From the NCBI GenBank assembly GCA_030324005.1, contig JARDVH010000163.1:34812842-34876841 (forward strand): DNA of 64,000 bases, written 5' to 3'. This document shows, one piece after another, positions 40,033 through 52,170 of the stretch (position 1 is its first letter; each line of letters starts with the position of its first letter). A model generated the notes under the pieces. That model had not been told where the DNA came from, ran no database searches, and saw only the letters and a program-made list of their open reading frames with translations. Position numbers and translations under genes: made by a program. Source of the stretch: Negaprion brevirostris. Taxonomy: Eukaryota.

Positions 40033-40292
40033 GAATAGAATCCCTGCAGTACAGAAGGGGGCCATTCAGCCCTTCAAGTCTGTACTGATCACAATTTACC
40101 CTGCTAATCCCCCTGACACTAGGGTGCATTTAGCATGGCCAATCAACCTAACCTGCACTTCTTTGGACTGTGGGAGGAAACACATGCAGAGACAGGGAGT
40201 GCAAACTCCACACAGAGCAACCAGAAGCCAGAATTGAACCTGGGACTCAGGCACTGTGAAGCAGCAGTGCTAAACACTGTGCCACCCTGCTG
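40033..40292 (-). mobile_element. HE1-type V-SINE
   Basis: Reverse complement of head, V-domain and CR1-type tail. Confidence 0.88.
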
Positions 40293-40294
40293 CC

Positions 40295-40484
40295 TTTTGA
40301 ATGGACCTACTTTATATTTAACTTTATATTGATCTTTCTTTACACCCTAGCTTTGACTGTAACATTACATTCTGCACCCTCTCCTTTCCTTCTCTATGCA
40401 CGGTATGCTTTGTCTGTATAGCGTGCAGGAAACAGTACTTTTCACCGTATTCCAATAGGTGTGACAATAATAAATCAAATCAAA
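40295..40484 (+). mobile_element. Rex1/Babar LINE 3' UTR
   Basis: acattctgcaccctctcctttccttctc...gtgtgacaataataaatcaaatcaaa, also at 23030-23172 and 28105-28240. Confidence 0.8.
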
Positions 40485-40489
40485 AAGGT

Positions 40490-41550
40490 GGAGAGACCTC
40501 ATCCGCAACTGCTGCCTTAGACATGTTTTCTCTCTCTGTCTCCATTCGTGTGCAATGCCACTGAGGTCTCGACTTGCTGACCAACAGGCGGGGATACTTT
40601 CCCGTGACATTGTGACGGTGTACGCACAGTTCCCGGACCTGGCACGTGAGAAGGAGGCGGTAGGGACCGGAGACTGATAAGAGAGACAGAGAGAGAGGGG
40701 CGGGTTCAATCCCAGCGCCAGCCCCAGCAGCAGGGACAGGCAGTTCCCGTCACTTTCCCAGTCACCTCTGAAGAGAAAGCCTGTGAGAGCCCGAAACTGC
40801 ACATATCAGCGCCGGCTGCTTCCCAGACAGAAAGCAAGTGTGCAGCTCGCCTGCAGTGAAGAACCCATTCAGGATGTACCAGGGGCACATGCAGGTCAGT
40901 CACAACGTAGCCGAATCCGTGTTTCTGTAATTTAAAAATTAAAACAAAAGAATAAATTCGTGGTAACCTCAGCATGAACGTTGGCTTTCAATGATCAAAA
41001 TACAATCACAGCGAAACGAGTAAATGGCATGCAAAATGAAAAGGAAATCGTCAAGGTGATCGGCGGGGGGGGAGTGGCGGTGGTGACTGTGATAGTTACG
41101 GCATGATATATAATGAGGCACGAGAGTTTTCAATTGTGCATCTGGGATGGAGTGGTAGGTACATAATTGGTGTTTAAATTAAAGAGCGTGTAATTATCAA
41201 GGGCTTACCTCTAGTTTTAAGTGGAATTACGATCCAGTTTACGAAGAAGGTTAACATGAACCGCAGTGTAGCTTTACATCTAGTACATGTTTTAATACAT
41301 TTAAGTATTACGCAGAAATATGATGCCTGACACTCGTCGATTCAAGGGCAAGGGATGATAGGTGGGAAAACGGGGAAGGAATCTGCCGCGTTCTGGACGT
41401 TTTAATGCAAGCAGCACTTAGTTGGTGAAGAAAGCCAAAAAAAATTACAATTTTGGTAACGTCTTCTTGTTGCAGTAATATGTCGCCACGTGTATACCAT
41501 GGACACATCGCATATCAGAGACAGTAAATAACTATTAGGNNNNNNNNNNC
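40490..41550 (+). promoter_or_regulatory. CpG-rich promoter / first exon region
   Basis: CpGs retained against a CpG-depleted background. E-box CACGTG 40643-40648, GATA motif TGATAA 40675-40680, GA-rich tract, GC box GGGGCGGG 40697-40704, then ATG and a splice donor. Confidence 0.75.
40874..40894 (+). CDS. GSE1: First coding exon (MYQGHMQ, phase-0 donor), probably of the long GSE1 isoform; remaining exons lie beyond the window
   Basis: aggATG TAC CAG GGG CAC ATG CAG|gtcagt: purine at -3, plausible donor, at the 3' end of the only clear non-repeat CpG-rich promoter-like region. MYQGHMQ matches my recollection of predicted long GSE1 isoform N-termini (MYQGHMQKSKEK...). Gene identity is recalled, not searched. 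Confidence 0.6.
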
Positions 41551-42713
41551 GTCAGATTATTAAAGGTGTATGAATTCTGAGAATGGTTATCAGTGCTTCA
41601 ATTAGAAATCTCCATTTTTAGACACTTGTCATTACTGAAGCCAGAAATTTGTTTCTTTATATAAACATTTCCATCATTACTAATCTAATTAATTTATAAT
41701 CTTGAAATTCACTCTTGCTCACAATACTCTTCTCTGCAACATTCTTAATATTTTGCCAATAGGTTGTGCAGCTGATAAAGCAATTTTGTTATATATTGCA
41801 AGTATTGATCTTAAAATGTGCCTGTGTTCCGCACTAGTGATTACATCAAAATCAGCCACGGAACAGTCAATACAGTAATTGTATAAATGAAGGCAACAGG
41901 CTCGCAGACTTCAATACTTTCTGTTCAGTAAGCTTCTCTGACTCTCGGGGAACTTCTATAATAGCATGTTTCAGCAACTCGAGGTAGTGTTATTCAGCAA
42001 CTGTGTAATTGCCTGGTGAAACTGCTGTTACATCTGCAGCAGGACTTCCGAAATTGCCAGTGTATCAGAATTTGATTATCCCATATTTTTTGTTTATGCA
42101 TCGCCCCACGCTGCTACTTCCACCAAAAATTCTCAAGAATATATTGGATCTGACGTGCTATTCAAATAGGCACCGAACGACCAATTTCCCCATTCAATTG
42201 AGACACTTTTATCTCAGATTGCATTTTTCATTTAGGCAAGACATGACCGTTCTGACAAATGGATGGCTTTGTTCCTGAAACTAGATGAGAGTAATCATTC
42301 CCAGTGTAGATTGGTAACGGGTCAGACATCAATGTAGAGATGCCCCCAAATTATTAACCTAACAATAGGGAAATCACAATTCACCAAAAAATCAGTTTTA
42401 CCAATGCATTATTTCTATTTCCAGCAACCTGTGATCATAGATTTGTATTTGAAACAGGCAATAAATCTTAAATTCCCACAATAACAGAACAGCTTTGTAA
42501 TTTCTCCCCAAGTGTTGAGCCATTTATTAATTAGTGTGACAGCAATGTGTGAAAACCGTATTGACAATTCATGTGACAAATTAAAGACAATTTGAGAATT
42601 GTCGAGTATTTTGATTTGATGGTTATAATTTGGTTTGGTGACATGAAAAATGTGTTCGGTACAAATTTTAATCAAACTTTTAGTTTAAGTGGTCTTCAAA
42701 AGCAAACACTGCA

Positions 42714-42867
42714 GTGATAATATTGACTTTGGGTGATTGTGTAAAAAGGGTGATATTGGATCAACTGCCCATTTATACATCTCTTAATTTTCATTGTGAA
42801 AATTAGGGGAGATGTATAATGGGTGAATGATCCATTACATCATTGGCCAAAGTCAAAATTACTTCAC
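42714..42867. repeat. Foldback (palindromic) MITE
   Basis: Arms ttgactttgg...ggatca..cccatttatacatctc..taattttca and tgaaaatta..gagatgtataatggg..tgatcc...ccaaagtcaa are mutually complementary. Confidence 0.75.
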
Positions 42868-45315
42868 CTAAGTCCACATCATGCAGACAGAGTTAATGCT
42901 TCAAGCTTGATGGTTGTTTTTCTGGCTATCTAAAGTTCAGCTTATGTTAAATACATTAAGTAGAGTAGTTTGAAGGTTTATAAGTATTTGGCTTTTTAAA
43001 GTGCAAAATTACTTGTGTACGTAATGACAAGAAAAAAGTAATGGCAAATGATATTTTTAATGAAGCCATTGTGAGATTTGTATTTGGCTATTATGCATTT
43101 TCCATGCAAATCTAAAGCATGGTTTAAACAATATAATGTTAACTCTTTTTGTTTTTGACATAAAAGGTGATGTCAGGGCAACTTCAAAGTGCAGCACACT
43201 TTTGGGGGAGAAAAAAGCACTGCACCACTTTTTATAGATAATCACTCATTCCAAAACAGCATATTGACCCTGTTCTTGGAAATGAAAATTGACTGATAAG
43301 AATCAGTTGTATAGTACAAATGTATCTGTATGCTTTCAAAAACCTAAAAATGTTGCCCCATAACTCCTGATTAATTTTGAATGTGTACAGCACAACAATG
43401 AACAAAAAGAAATTAAAAAATGCAAGCAATGAATTATTTAAGTGTTTGAGAAATAACATCAGCAACCTTTCCTTATACAATCAGAGATATTTTCCCCTAA
43501 CTTCTTTGGTAGAGTAAATCTATATTAATTTAATAAATCAAACTTTTCAGATAGTACTTCTATTCTTTATTGAAAGGTTTTCATTTTCCCATAATTGTGT
43601 TACTTGTTTATGTCAAACCTGTTTAAATACGCAACTAATTTTTACCTTTTGTGTTGAAGTAAGTTTTAGAATTGAATTTTATCTTAATCCTGTAACATTC
43701 CTGCAGAACACTTTTAGATTCTATAAACATTAAACATGTTTTTTTAAATAAATAAAGACTTGAATTGAAACATAGATACTTCCTCCAGGGGAAAAAAACT
43801 ACAGAAAATTCTATATGCAGCTGTAAAATGTTTGAATAGGATAGCTTTTTTGTTTTCTCCAGTCCTAACATGAAGATGCTGATTCTGGCTATTATATTTT
43901 CCCACTGTATATGCAGCAGATGNNNNNNNNNNNNNNNNNNNNNNNNNNNNNNNNNNNATCAGCAGGCCATTGCTTTTGGAGTGGGGAGGATTGTGATCTT
44001 GCCTAGTAACCGTAAATACAGTTTCCAACTGTGAGCACTGCTTAATAATGGGTAGCTGACATGTTCCCCTACTTGTCTTTGGTCAGTGTGGTGTCCTTTT
44101 TATGGTCCTCGCTGCCACCATGCCTCAGAGCAGCTAACTGAGCACTGATCAGAAATTGATCTTATTATCTCAAGAGTCTGACAGGTGCAGAAACCCATCA
44201 CCTTTAAGTGTTTTGCAAATCTTTTTAAATGAGTCACTAACGTGAGTAATATTGCCAGATATTAAGTGCATACTGTCATCTGAATGTATCAAAACACAGA
44301 TGGGTTAAACAGTGCTTGCCAAATCTCAGATTCAGGGACACAGAGGTTTGTACAGGAGTTCTCTTGGAATTGAGCAAGCTGAAGTGGTGGGCAGAGTGCT
44401 GGTGTTTTGCTGTTACATAGCTAGGACTAATTTACATAAAGTACATTTGGCTTGCATGTTTATATGGAACTAAATGAAAATAATACAATCCTCCAATGGA
44501 AAGTAAATGCAAGCAGCACCTCTGGCTTATCTGGAAAAATTTGGAAGGGAGTGGGAAGACGCAGTGGAAGATGCATGTCTGAGATTAAACCTGAGATTAA
44601 GGATCATTGTTGGGACAAAGCAGAGGGAGTTTTATACAGAGCTAGCTAGTTTACCTGATCTGGGATTGCTTGATACTGACACTTAAGTGTTAAGTATAGG
44701 AGAGAAACAGGCAGACTGCACTAGTTCCTTCTCATCAATTATCTGTAAGCAGAAAGTATTTTGAATTACTTTTTAAAATGTACAATGGTATGTTTTCCCC
44801 AAACCCAAGGTGCGTGAGTTCCAATTTACATTCAGCAAACTCATGTTATGATTAATCCAGAAGGTTAGATTATTCCACATTCAAGACCAATAAGAGGAGC
44901 GTTCGTAACTTCCTACTCACTACTCACACACAAACACCCATACACACACTGTAAGAGGGTGGAGAATAGAAGGAGTTTTAGAATAATGGACAGTAACAAT
45001 ACTAGAAACACAGAAATTAATATTTCTGATTCTCATGAATCCAAGTTCCATAAGGAATTCTTTCACATAGGAATTTGAGTTCAGCTCGCTGAAGATGGGA
45101 GTTACAGAATTTGCTTTACAGTTGGTACTGATACCACAAAATGAAGTACATGCATAGAAACTGGGTTCTGCAGGTGATGGTAAGACAGCTTCCAACAGGT
45201 GCAGGCTGTTGTTCTGTCTGAAGTTCTGCTTCATGGGGTTCACTGTTTTGTATATTAAGTAACAGATTGCATGTGATGCCCAAGGATGTAATGTTAAAAC
45301 TGTTCAAAAGGCCAG

Positions 45316-45593
45316 AGGCAGCACAGTGGTTAGCACTGCTGCCTCAGTGCAGGGTGGCCCTGTTTGATTCCCAGCTGGGGCCACTGTCTGTGTGGAGTCT
45401 GCATGTTCTCACCATATCTGCATGGGTTACCTGGTTTTCTCCCACAGTCTTGCTGGTTAGGTGGTTTGGCTATGCTAAATTCTCCCTCCATGTACCTGAA
45501 CAGGCACTGGAGTGTGGCAACTAGGGGATTTTCACAGTAACTTCATTGCAGTGTTGATGTAAGCCTAATTGTGACAATGATAAATAAACTTAA
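45316..45593 (+). mobile_element. V-SINE, type B tail
   Basis: gcacagtggttagcactgctgcctca...ggagtgtggcaactaggggattttcacagtaacttcattgcagtg. Confidence 0.88.
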
Positions 45594-45764
45594 AAATTTG
45601 GATAATGTGACATGGCCCATTAATGGTTAATGGTAGGTCAACATCAATTGTTGCGCTTCTGGCCAGAATTCTATTGTTCCGCCTTAGGAAAGAGCTGAGA
45701 TAGATATTGTCATTTCTTCTCATGTGTTAAGTTTAATCTCTTTTGTGGTAGTTCAAGTTGGAGA

Positions 45765-46106
45765 AATAAGAACATAAGAAATAGGAGCAGGAGTAGGCCA
45801 TCCAGCCCTTTGAGCCTGCCCTGCCATTCAATANNNNNNNNNNNNNNNNNNNNNNNNNNNNNNNNNNNNNNNNNNNNNNNNNNNNNNNNNNNNNNNNNNN
45901 NNNNNNNNNNNNNNNNNNNNNNNNNNNNNNNNNTCCTATCCATCCCATTCATCATCTTATACGTCTCAATGAGATCTCCCCTCAATCTTCTAAACTCTAA
46001 CGAGTACAAGTCTAGTTTATTCAGCCTCTCCTCATAGTTCAACCCCCTGAACTCCGGTATCAGCCTAGTAAACCTCCTCTGCACTCTCTCCAAGGCCAAA
46101 ATATCC
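45765..46106 (-). mobile_element. CR1 LINE 3' fragment (spans a gap)
   Basis: ALERVQRRFTRLIPEFRGLNYEERLNKLDLYSLEFRRLRGDLIETYK. Confidence 0.93.
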
Positions 46107-46778
46107 TAATAATACACTTCCTCCGTTGTCATTGATTGTACAAACCATGTGCAATGAGCTGTGAGGTTCCACAGATTGAGAAGGAATTATTTTGTTCTTG
46201 TAACTCCTACCCACAGCTTTCTGAACAATGGGCCAATACTGTGGTCATGTGACTTGTAGCAGCCATCATTTTTGGTTCAGCAGAAAGACATGGCAAAAGA
46301 ATCAAGTTTTGGATTTCCTTACATATCATATGTTCCCAACCCTAGGAAGAGTGGGATTTTTGTCCCAATTTTCAGAACTGTAATCTAGTATGACAGATTA
46401 CCTACTCATTATAGAAACCATTCTGTTTTCATTCCATTAGTTTTGTTTAAATGAAAATTGGCTGAGTTCTTTAATGTGTCAGCAATCTGTTCAGCCAGAT
46501 TGCCACATAAAAGGAGATGAAGATAAAAAATTTCTGGATGTCTGAAATGCAAAGCATTCCATTTGCCTACACTAGCATAATTTCCTTGCTGAGCAAGAAA
46601 AAGCAACAAAAATTGTTAAGTGAAAATTCTCTTGGTCTAATACCCAAATAGTGTAGTGGAAACCAACCATGTCTGTATTTGATGTGAGTGCATATCTTCC
46701 TTCCTGTTAAGAAAAGTGAAACACAGAATTAACTTCTGGTCATTATTGGAAAAGTAAAAAGCCACTCACCTGCCACTT

Positions 46779-46957
46779 GGGTGTCAGTTTAGCTTAGTTG
46801 GCTGGATGGCTGGTTCATGACACAGAAAGACACCACCTTCTCAACCTCGTTCGTTGTCTGAGGTGTGATGATTCTCAGGTTAAATCACCACAAGTTAGTT
46901 CTCTTCTTTGGCAGGAAGAGCAGCCTATGGTCATTAAGGTCTATGGTGACTTTTTAC
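46779..46957 (+). mobile_element. tRNA-derived SINE (third family)
   Basis: gtcagtttagcttagttggctggatggctggt...ctcaggttaaatcaccac...gcagcctatggtcat; second copy reversed at 53205-53400. Confidence 0.7.
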
Positions 46958-47854
46958 AATGAAAGGATAACAAAACTTGTTGAAGATTATATGGAGGGGA
47001 ACAGTTGAAATCTTAGTTTTAGTCCAGTTTCTTGGTGTACAACCTGAGTCAGGCTTTGCCTTATAACTTCAGATGACTACACATTGCATTTTTTTTCCCT
47101 GTTGAAAACTGAATTGTGAAATGAACATGCCTTGCAACTGTGAAGTCAGCACAACACAGTAGCATGCAGTTTGCATACTGATGTAATTGATGCAATGTGT
47201 CTGCATTGCTGGACCCAATTTATTTCTATATATTAGAAAACAATGAGATGTACTTAAATTTATTAGGAAAACAGTTTTTACTAACTCAACATTCAAAATA
47301 ATTCCATCAATTTGTCAGTGGAAATCAGTAAGAACTGATAATTGAGAAAAAGGAAGTTAAAACCAAGCACCTGTTCAGTTTCAAAAGATGTTTGGCAGGA
47401 AAATGAAATGGACATAATGACTGTAACGTTTACATCAGTACATTTTCAAGAACTGATGTACATACTGTTCTACATTCGCTTTGAAGATAGAGTGATTAAT
47501 CAAGGTGGACTGAAATCACACAGTTTATATGAACTTTAATGTGGAAGGGATGTGCACTGAATATTCCACTTTCATCGGATAGCATAAATCTCTATTGTAA
47601 ACTGATGTGCTTTGCAATGACAATGTGCAACTTTCAAATTAATGCATTTGTGATGTGCACATATGTGACTTGTTTAGAACTGCTTCCCCTTGAGTCATTG
47701 ATATTTTCTTTCCCAAAAAAAAGCAAATGTTTGTCTTGCAGGTAAGTTGTAAACTATAACTTCATTTAGGATTTGTCATTTCAGGACCAGTCTGTTTAGG
47801 TTCAGAAGTGTCTGAAAACACTCAGTTCATTCACATGAAAACCAACATTGAAAA

Positions 47855-47960
47855 CTCTGAGGAAAAGTCATACAGACTCGAAATGCTAATTCTATTTTCT
47901 CTCTCTGCAAATTCTGTCACACCTGCTGAGCTTTCCCAGCACTTTCTGTTTTTGCTTTTA
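47855..47960 (+). mobile_element. Penelope-like terminal repeat fragment with hammerhead-like core
   Basis: ctgaggaaaagtcatacagactcgaaa...tctattttctctctct..acctgctgagctttcccagcactttctgttttt. Confidence 0.65.
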
Positions 47961-48204
47961 TTGAATGCTCATATATTTTCTCATTATTGAACGGCATTAC
48001 TCTATCACTGAAAATAAATTGTCACATTAAAATGGATACAAAACAAAATGAAAAAAAAATCCACATTAAGATTTATTTTTAGTGTTTAGGTTATAAAAGC
48101 AAATTCATTTCCTGCTTTGTTTTCATGCAAATATTGTGCCTTGCTGTTCATGCATCTATTACATCTGTGTTCATTTCCTACTCATTTCATTATCTCTACC
48201 CTTT

Positions 48205-50280
48205 TAGCCCCATTTTTAATATCAGCAGCATCACTGAGGTTTATACTTGCATTCGCAGCGCTAGAACAAACATATTAACATACTCCATGGATGCCCTGAA
48301 GTAGTGAGATGGATCTCTTGGGGTCACGCTAATTGCCAATTCCACTGCGCTCATGTTACCTTATGGGTTTCACATAAAGCGACTTCCATTCATAAATTGC
48401 AAAGGTTTCCAATTTCCAATTGATGAATGACCAGCAGCATATCATGCATGTCCATGGCTTCTTCCTTGGAAGCTGCTAGGACACTTCTGTACTGTGTCGA
48501 ACATTTAATTCTAACCCTTTTCTCTCCAAAACAAAGTAACAGATAGATAGCTACTTGGAGGTAAACCCTATCCTTTGCATGTTGGCTTACAGATTATCTT
48601 AGCAGTCCTCACTTTGCTACAGAATTCCTTTACAAATAGATCCTTGAGATGACAAGAGCCCTGATCAAGCATCAGACCGTAGGATCCAACTTATCAGATA
48701 CTTACCAAGGTCTGGCAGCTTACTACAATACAGCCCTACAAAGAGTGTCTGATATGATTGTGGTTTTATTATGCTCTGCAACTAGGGCATGAAGCCAGCA
48801 TTGGAAAATGGTTTTTGACATGATGAAGATAAAGACACTGATGACGTCAGGGATGGTAAGGAAGTGAGAGGGATTCAGCCAACAGCAGCTTATTGAAGAG
48901 AATTTCAGATGAACAATCTGTGCTCACCCATATTAACAGTCATGCCTTTCAACTTTAAAATCAAAAGCATCTGCTCAATAACAAAATTGATATTCATGTC
49001 ACCAAATGTTGCAAGATTACAACTACTGGAGATGTATAAATCTGTTGTTTTGCTAGCTGCAGAAAGCTCCATTATTTTACACCAATGGCAAACAAACTGT
49101 GTTTCAGTGAGTGTGAACTTCTGCTGCCTGCCATGAAATGTTGCTTTCTTTAGGCCAAATTGTTTCAAGGTGACTATACTGGTGTCTGTAATTTGGGGGA
49201 GGGAGGTTGCTGTGGCTCGTTCAAATGTTAATAAGGTGACCACGGTTCATGCTGCCCAAGAGGGGGCCCAGCTGCAGACTACAACAAATCAGAATCTGCC
49301 AAGGCCTCTTTCGCCATTGACAGTGTTGGGATCATGTTCTATTCCCATTGCAGAACTGCCCCTGCTACTGAGATGCAACTCAGTNNNNNNNNNNNNNNNN
49401 NNNNNNNNNNNNNNNNNNNNNNNNNNNNNNNNNNNNNNNNNNNNNNNNNNNNNNNNNNNNNNNNNNNNNNNNNNNNNNNNNNNNAACTGCCCCTGCTACC
49501 GAGATGCAACTCAGTGTAATGATTGATCTAAGTCTCTGTGCATTTGCACTCCCATCTATCCGAGGCAGAAGTGGCTGAGCCCAGAGCATGCATGGCTCCA
49601 GTTTGAGCATCTCGCTAAGGTGCTACTGCTACATATTACTGAAATGATTCTCAATTCCAAATGCCATTAAGCTGAATGCAAGCTCCGTGATAGACTGCAA
49701 AGTTGTGATATCATGATTGGGAACCCATTGAGAGGTGATGGTGAATTTCACTATATTATATGATTTGCAGACAGCCCAGTCGTTCAAGCAATTACCTATC
49801 CATGTAATCTTAATATTGTATGCTAGGTTCCTGAAGCCTGCACCTCCATTTCCTTCAGCTGCATTAGGCTGCAAGCTGACCCTCCTAGTTAGATCTTCCC
49901 TTAGCCTTTCTTATTGCATCCACTTACTCTTGCTCAACTTGATCTGATGTGGCAAGGGTCCATCTAAAGCCATTAATATAAGTGCCAAAGATATTTAGTT
50001 ACTTTGTCACACTACAACATCACAAATGTCTGAAGTTGCTCAATTGGCAATCCTTGCTACACGTGGTCCAGGCATAATCATGTTGTCTGATGCAGAATTC
50101 CACGTCATATAAACTCTTGAAGCCTGATGTGCTTTCCTCTTTACTCTTTCTTCTTTCTCCGTCTTCAGCCATCTGTTTCCAATATCCTTTGCTCCCTGAT
50201 GGCATTTAGTCTTCCACTCTGTTGGACTTGTTAGTTGAATCTTGCTGACTTGCGATATTAATATCCAACAGTTCAATCCT
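48205..50280 (+). mobile_element. Highly decayed Harbinger transposon
   Basis: Remnants HVHGFFLGSC*DTSVL, LLGGKPYPL and SGSLLQYSP at about 48440-48790, collinear with the 5470-6250 transposase; outer boundaries uncertain. Confidence 0.55.
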
Positions 50281-52170
50281 TTCTGCTTATTGGAAAGATT
50301 TATTTTAAGGTAATGTTTTTGTTATTTGATACACATTTGTGTATATTTTTCTTTGTTAATTTTATCAAAAAGATAAATATGACCAAGTGACAGGAGACCT
50401 GGTAGTTAATGATAATGCCTTTCTTGATTGTTTATTCTATTCAGAATAATGCCCCAATGCTTAAAATATATTTGCAAATACTGGTCCCTGAAAAATGTCT
50501 ATTATGGGCTTGTTAAAAGGCAGCTGAACAGTTTTGCTTGTGGTTGGAAAAATATAAAGATTGGTGTAATTACTTATAACTGAATAACTTTGAATATAGG
50601 AGAATATTTCAATGGCTCACAGAGCACTGACAGAAGAGAGTTATGCGGTATAATTTTCATTCTGACAGTATGGATGCTGTCATTGACAGGTTTTCCTAGT
50701 GCAGGAGCTAAAGGATAGCCAGAGAGTGCATCGGCCATACTGTTTGCAGCACAGATAGTGAGTGCCTCAATACCACAGATTTGTTTTCTACCTTTTATAT
50801 CGAGGCTTGTCTATTACAGAGTAAGATGTAGGATTGTTCCTGAGATTTGCCCTTCAACTGATATACTAGAGAAGTATAAAATGACCAGGTTTACACACAA
50901 ACCGTCAATGGCTAATTTCATCTGTTAAAATGAATAACTAATTTGAATTACAGGAAACAAGCAAGTGATATCCTATCATCGTTTTGATTTCCATTTGTTA
51001 TGTGCAGAATAAGGCCCTTATCCCGATATCCCTGATAGGTTGAAGACCGTATGCTTTTGAATTGATTCTGACGGGAAGGGATTTACTGCAAATGCTTTTA
51101 AAGCTTTTCTTGGACAGTTACAGCAGGTTTAGTCATCTTTAATGCTTACCAATTCTAACCTTATATTTTAGAGATTGTGAAGATATGCTATTTTACATGG
51201 TGTTTGTTGTAATACACAGTTCAGAAATAAACTGGCCAAGCTCTTTTTATTCAGTATCATTGAATGTGCTTTCCTGTATTTTTAATGATGTCCTTGATCT
51301 AAATAATAGTATTTTAATATTTCATTAGTATTTGGAATTTAATCTAGTTTTTTTTTCCTTTGGTATGAGTTTCATGCTTCATCTTTTGCCTAATATATCA
51401 CAGGAAAAAAAACCAGAGCCTCAGCCAATTTATTGCTTAAAATAATCAGAAAAAATTAAAATAAAATTTGTTCAATAGAACTAAATTGGGGAATATTTTT
51501 AAAAGTGATCTGGGCTACTCAGTCATTTTTATTTTATATTAATGAAAGATTATATGAGATAGGGGAATTACATCTTAATTCAATTTAACAAATACTTGCA
51601 CAATGCATGCCAACATGTATTATGCTATGTATAGTTTTGGGATGTGGGTTCCATTCCCCAGAGTACAGATGTCCAAATTCAGCCGCAGTGCTATTAGGTG
51701 GAACTGAACAGAGGCCAGGTGCTATGCANNNNNNNNNNCAACTCTGCAAGGGTGGCGCCCCCAGTGGAGACCTTGGTGCAGAGGCCAGGTGCTATGCATA
51801 GCAAACAATAAAGAGGGAGTTGATCCAAGTAGCCTTCCAGGAGCAATGCTGTGAACAGTACTGGCAAGAGCCTGAGAAATTGTGTATCATCTGTAGTAAG
51901 AAGAAGAAGGCAATAAAGCACATTTGTCCTCAGTGGCAATCTTTGAAGAAAAACTTGACAAACCTGTTTCATAAGGATTTACATTTAAGGACCACTTGAC
52001 AGAATATGCACATGAAAATAGTCTTATACTGGCGTAGGACTCTGATTTTAGATGTTGAGAAAGGGTCACTGTTTCAGGTGAATAATGGTCTCTCATTTTG
52101 AGGCGAGCTGAAACAGTTGGATGAACTTCATGCAGTCAACAGAAAGGAGATTGTCTTCTGAGTTTTGAAC

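Noticed and set aside
49352-49515. Direct repeat aactgcccctgctac(t/c)gagatgcaactcagt on both sides of a 100-N gap (superficially array-like)
   Set aside because: Best explained by a collapsed minisatellite or contig overlap; eukaryotic context, no spacers or cas genes.
51709-51798. Direct repeat cagaggccaggtgctatgca around a short N run
   Set aside because: Only two copies, adjacent to a gap; likely a local duplication or assembly artefact.
51841-51999. Cys/His-rich frame EQCCEQYWQEPEKLCIICSKKKKAIKHICP after ccttccag (B-box-like)
   Set aside because: Ligand spacing does not fit a B-box, the pyrimidine tract is poor and the frame stops after 52 codons.
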